In this document: in pieces, positions 28,868 through 32,000 of the stretch
Layout of the letters: each line of letters starts with the position of its first letter
Numbering within the stretch: the first letter of the stretch is position 1
Source: Mycobacterium leprae TN
GTDB lineage: Bacteria > Actinomycetota > Actinomycetes > Mycobacteriales > Mycobacteriaceae
Reading direction: 5' to 3'
Assembly: GCF_000195855.1 (NCBI RefSeq)
Contig: NC_002677.1
Location: 450,001-482,000, forward strand
DNA length: 32,000 bases
The notes under the pieces: model-generated
Told to the model about the DNA's origin: nothing
What the model saw: the letters and a program-made list of their open reading frames with translations, nothing else
The model's database searches: none
Made by a program: the position numbers and the translations under genes

Positions 28868-30015
28868 CTTCATAAGCTTACATCCGCATATATCGCATTG
28901 TACTGTCCATTTGTTGGGTGATTCATGTATCGGGGTTGGTTCGCGGATCTGATCAGTACACTGTTCGGGCTCGGTTTATTTGGAGTTGGCCGCGGGGATT
29001 GGGCACCTTCATCTCGAAGACACGATGGTGCAAGCGTGCTGTCGACCGGTTCTGCTGGATTCTGGATTTAAATTGTTTGGCGGGGTGCCTGATGTCGATT
29101 GCCTATGGGTGGTCCTAGCGCTGCTGTCGCTGTGGACTGTGCGATGTGAGATCAAAAGCGTTTGAAAACAAGTCTGAAAAAAGCAGAACGAGAAAAGGTG
29201 CAGGAGTCACATGAATGGTGGGTTTGGTAGCCGGCTGGGTTCTGCAGGGTTGATGGCAGATGTCGTTGTTGTGCTGATGGCAGGGTCTAGTGGCGTGGTC
29301 TATGCATCTGGGGAAGCGGGGTGTCTTACCAGTTGCCTTGGCTAGATAGCCAACCGCGAGGACTTGTCGTGGCCGTAATTTCACCGGCGTGGACTTTAGG
29401 GACGTTAGGTTTGATGTAGCCGATCTGCGCGGCACGGACTTAACCAAATACTAATCTGCGTGGGGCGGGTCCACAGTAAGCCATCAGACGTAGCTGAGCG
29501 GTGCATATAGTGTGGACAACACTACGGCATTTCGACGGGTTGATGGGGGACCCAGATGTGCCCTCATCGTTTTACACGCGGGGACTAACTTCCCCTACTT
29601 CGTTCTCAGTGGCGTAAATCCAGGACTTCTCTCGGTTCCAGCTAGAAGCTATTACCCAAGGGGTGAGCATAGACTAGTGCATGAGTATCGACACCCGGCC
29701 ACAGTTCTCACATCAGTAAACGGTAAGCCAGTTGACTTGTGGGTGTTGCGTCCCAGCCGTGCTATGCATGAGCTGGATTGTTATAATTTCTACACCTCTG
29801 ATCACCCGAACAGCAGCGACTACACAACGGTTCATTATTAGGTTCATATTATTAGATGTGAATGACAGTTGACGTTAGCTGCTAGGAGCATCTGTGTGTC
29901 GTTGCTGTGTTATTCCTGGGGTCTTTTGGACGGGGTGCATGACACACACACAACCGTGACATCTTGAAGGGCGATTGCCCGAGGTGGTTGCTAGACGCTC
30001 TGCCTCAGCATTAAC
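28868..30015 (+). pseudogene. arylamine N-acetyltransferase (NAT)-like pseudogene, interrupted
   Basis: N-terminal fragments: LTSAYIALY, IGHLHLEDTM (compare IPFENLD), KRAVDRFCWILDLNCLAGCL (compare RGGYCFEHNGLMGYVL). C-terminal fragment 29512-29841: ...GGPRCALIVLHAGTNFP...GEHRLV...VDLWVLRPS..ELDCYNFYTSDHPNSSDY (compare LVDVGFG, YRL, D-x-x-x-x-WY-STHP-S-F). These are by-eye matches only. Confidence 0.45.
29211..29454 (+). pseudogene. pentapeptide-repeat protein-like fragment lying between the NAT-like halves
   Basis: AGGAG, 4 nt, then ATG at 29211: MNGGFGSRLGSAGLMADVVVVLMAGSSGVVYASGEAGCLTSCLG*IANREDLSWP*. A frameshift follows, giving NFTGVDFRDVRFDVADLRGTDLTKY*. The second part has A(D/N)LxX-type five-residue periodicity. 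Confidence 0.3.
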
Positions 30016-30092
30016 CGTGTGGTCGGCTAGCTACTACGTAGTCAGTGCTACTAGTTTTTCGGGCCGATTGATCGAGCGCAAATGCTGCGTCA

Positions 30093-30506
30093 TCAGTGAC
30101 GGCGGCGATAGCCATCCGCGTCTGATGTCGCTTGGTTTAGCGATGCATCTGCGTATCCCCGGCAATAATCCCACGTGACGTAGGAGTCCGGTTCGGGGTC
30201 GTAGGCCGGCTCGTGCGGGCGGACAGTGCCGTCGATCAGTAGTTGCAGCAGGTTGGCACGCAGCATGTCCCAGTCGTGATAGTGGTCTTGTTGACATTCG
30301 TCACAGCACACCACAAGTCCACGAATTCCCTTATGCGCCAACAGTGCCTCGTAAACGGCCAGGTCGGCCAGGTCGGCTTCGACCGCAATCCGCTCCTGCT
30401 GGTCTAGCGGTTGACCTGGCTCTACGGCATCGAGCGCCGCCGACGGATCGCAGGGGTCGTCAGCAAACGGGTCGGGTGGCAAACCCGGTGGTAGGTGGTC
30501 ACGCAC
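30093..30506 (-). CDS. conserved hypothetical protein (Rv3412-position homologue, Cys/His-containing)
   Basis: 137 aa with a GTG start: MRDHLPPGLPPDPFADDPCDP...GLVVCCDECQQDHYHDWDMLRANLLQLLIDGTVRPHEP. It is intact and divergent from guaB2. Confidence 0.7.
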   Translation of the reverse strand: MRDHLPPGLPPDPFADDPCDPSAALDAVEPGQPLDQQERIAVEADLADLAVYEALLAHKGIRGLVVCCDECQQDHYHDWDMLRANLLQLLIDGTVRPHEPAYDPEPDSYVTWDYCRGYADASLNQATSDADGYRRRH

Positions 30507-30618
30507 GCCTCTAGCCTACGCAGGCAGGCAGCAATAATGCCAGCAGCCAAGACCGATGTTGTTTCATCACCGGCACAACACCCGGCCAAGCGAGCCCAGA
30601 GGATTGGTAAGCCTATAA

Positions 30619-32000
<1,382 letters not shown>

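Noticed and set aside
29942-29952. (AC)5 microsatellite, plus short (GAT)3 at about 10561 and (AAT)3 at about 28338
   Set aside because: These are too short to call as VNTR loci from one sequence. They might be polymorphic, but nothing here supports that.

Overview
The window looks like a Mycobacterium leprae-type, reductively evolved chromosome segment. Its gene order matches, in inverted orientation and from my memory of that genome, M. tuberculosis Rv3506 down to Rv3411c. The first ~6.9 kb is a run of pseudogenes. It holds the KstR-type cholesterol block (fadD17, fadE27, fadE26, fdxD, hsd4A, yrbE4A, yrbE4B, an N-terminal piece of mce4A), joined directly to remnants of the ESX-4 substrates esxU and esxT. 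After that come intact housekeeping genes: rplM-rpsI, glmM, an Rv3438-like hydrolase-fold gene, glmS, nnr, a start/stop-overlapped chain (alr, an alpha/beta-hydrolase ORF, tsaE, fused tsaB-rimI, tsaD), groES-groEL1 with a CIRCE operator, whiB3, an Rv3415c-like gene, an Rv3412-like gene and the 5' part of guaB2. Between them lie more pseudogenes: an LLM/F420-type oxidoreductase, gadB, a CGNR zinc-finger gene, sigD, rsdA, and an arylamine N-acetyltransferase-like remnant with a pentapeptide-repeat fragment. I found no rRNA, tRNA, CRISPR array, IS/transposase, RLEP-type repeat or recognisable defence or secretion system, and I cannot support a claim of a novel multi-gene system here. The points most worth a second look are: the in-frame tsaB-rimI fusion; an uninterrupted alpha/beta-hydrolase ORF inside the alr-tsa operon with all three catalytic motifs mutated; a perfect 26-bp inverted repeat in the groEL1/whiB3 convergent spacer; a long bistable hairpin in the groES leader; a composite CIRCE site; and the mce4A|esxU synteny junction. 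All homology calls come from reading translations by eye and from memory of mycobacterial proteins; no database search was run.
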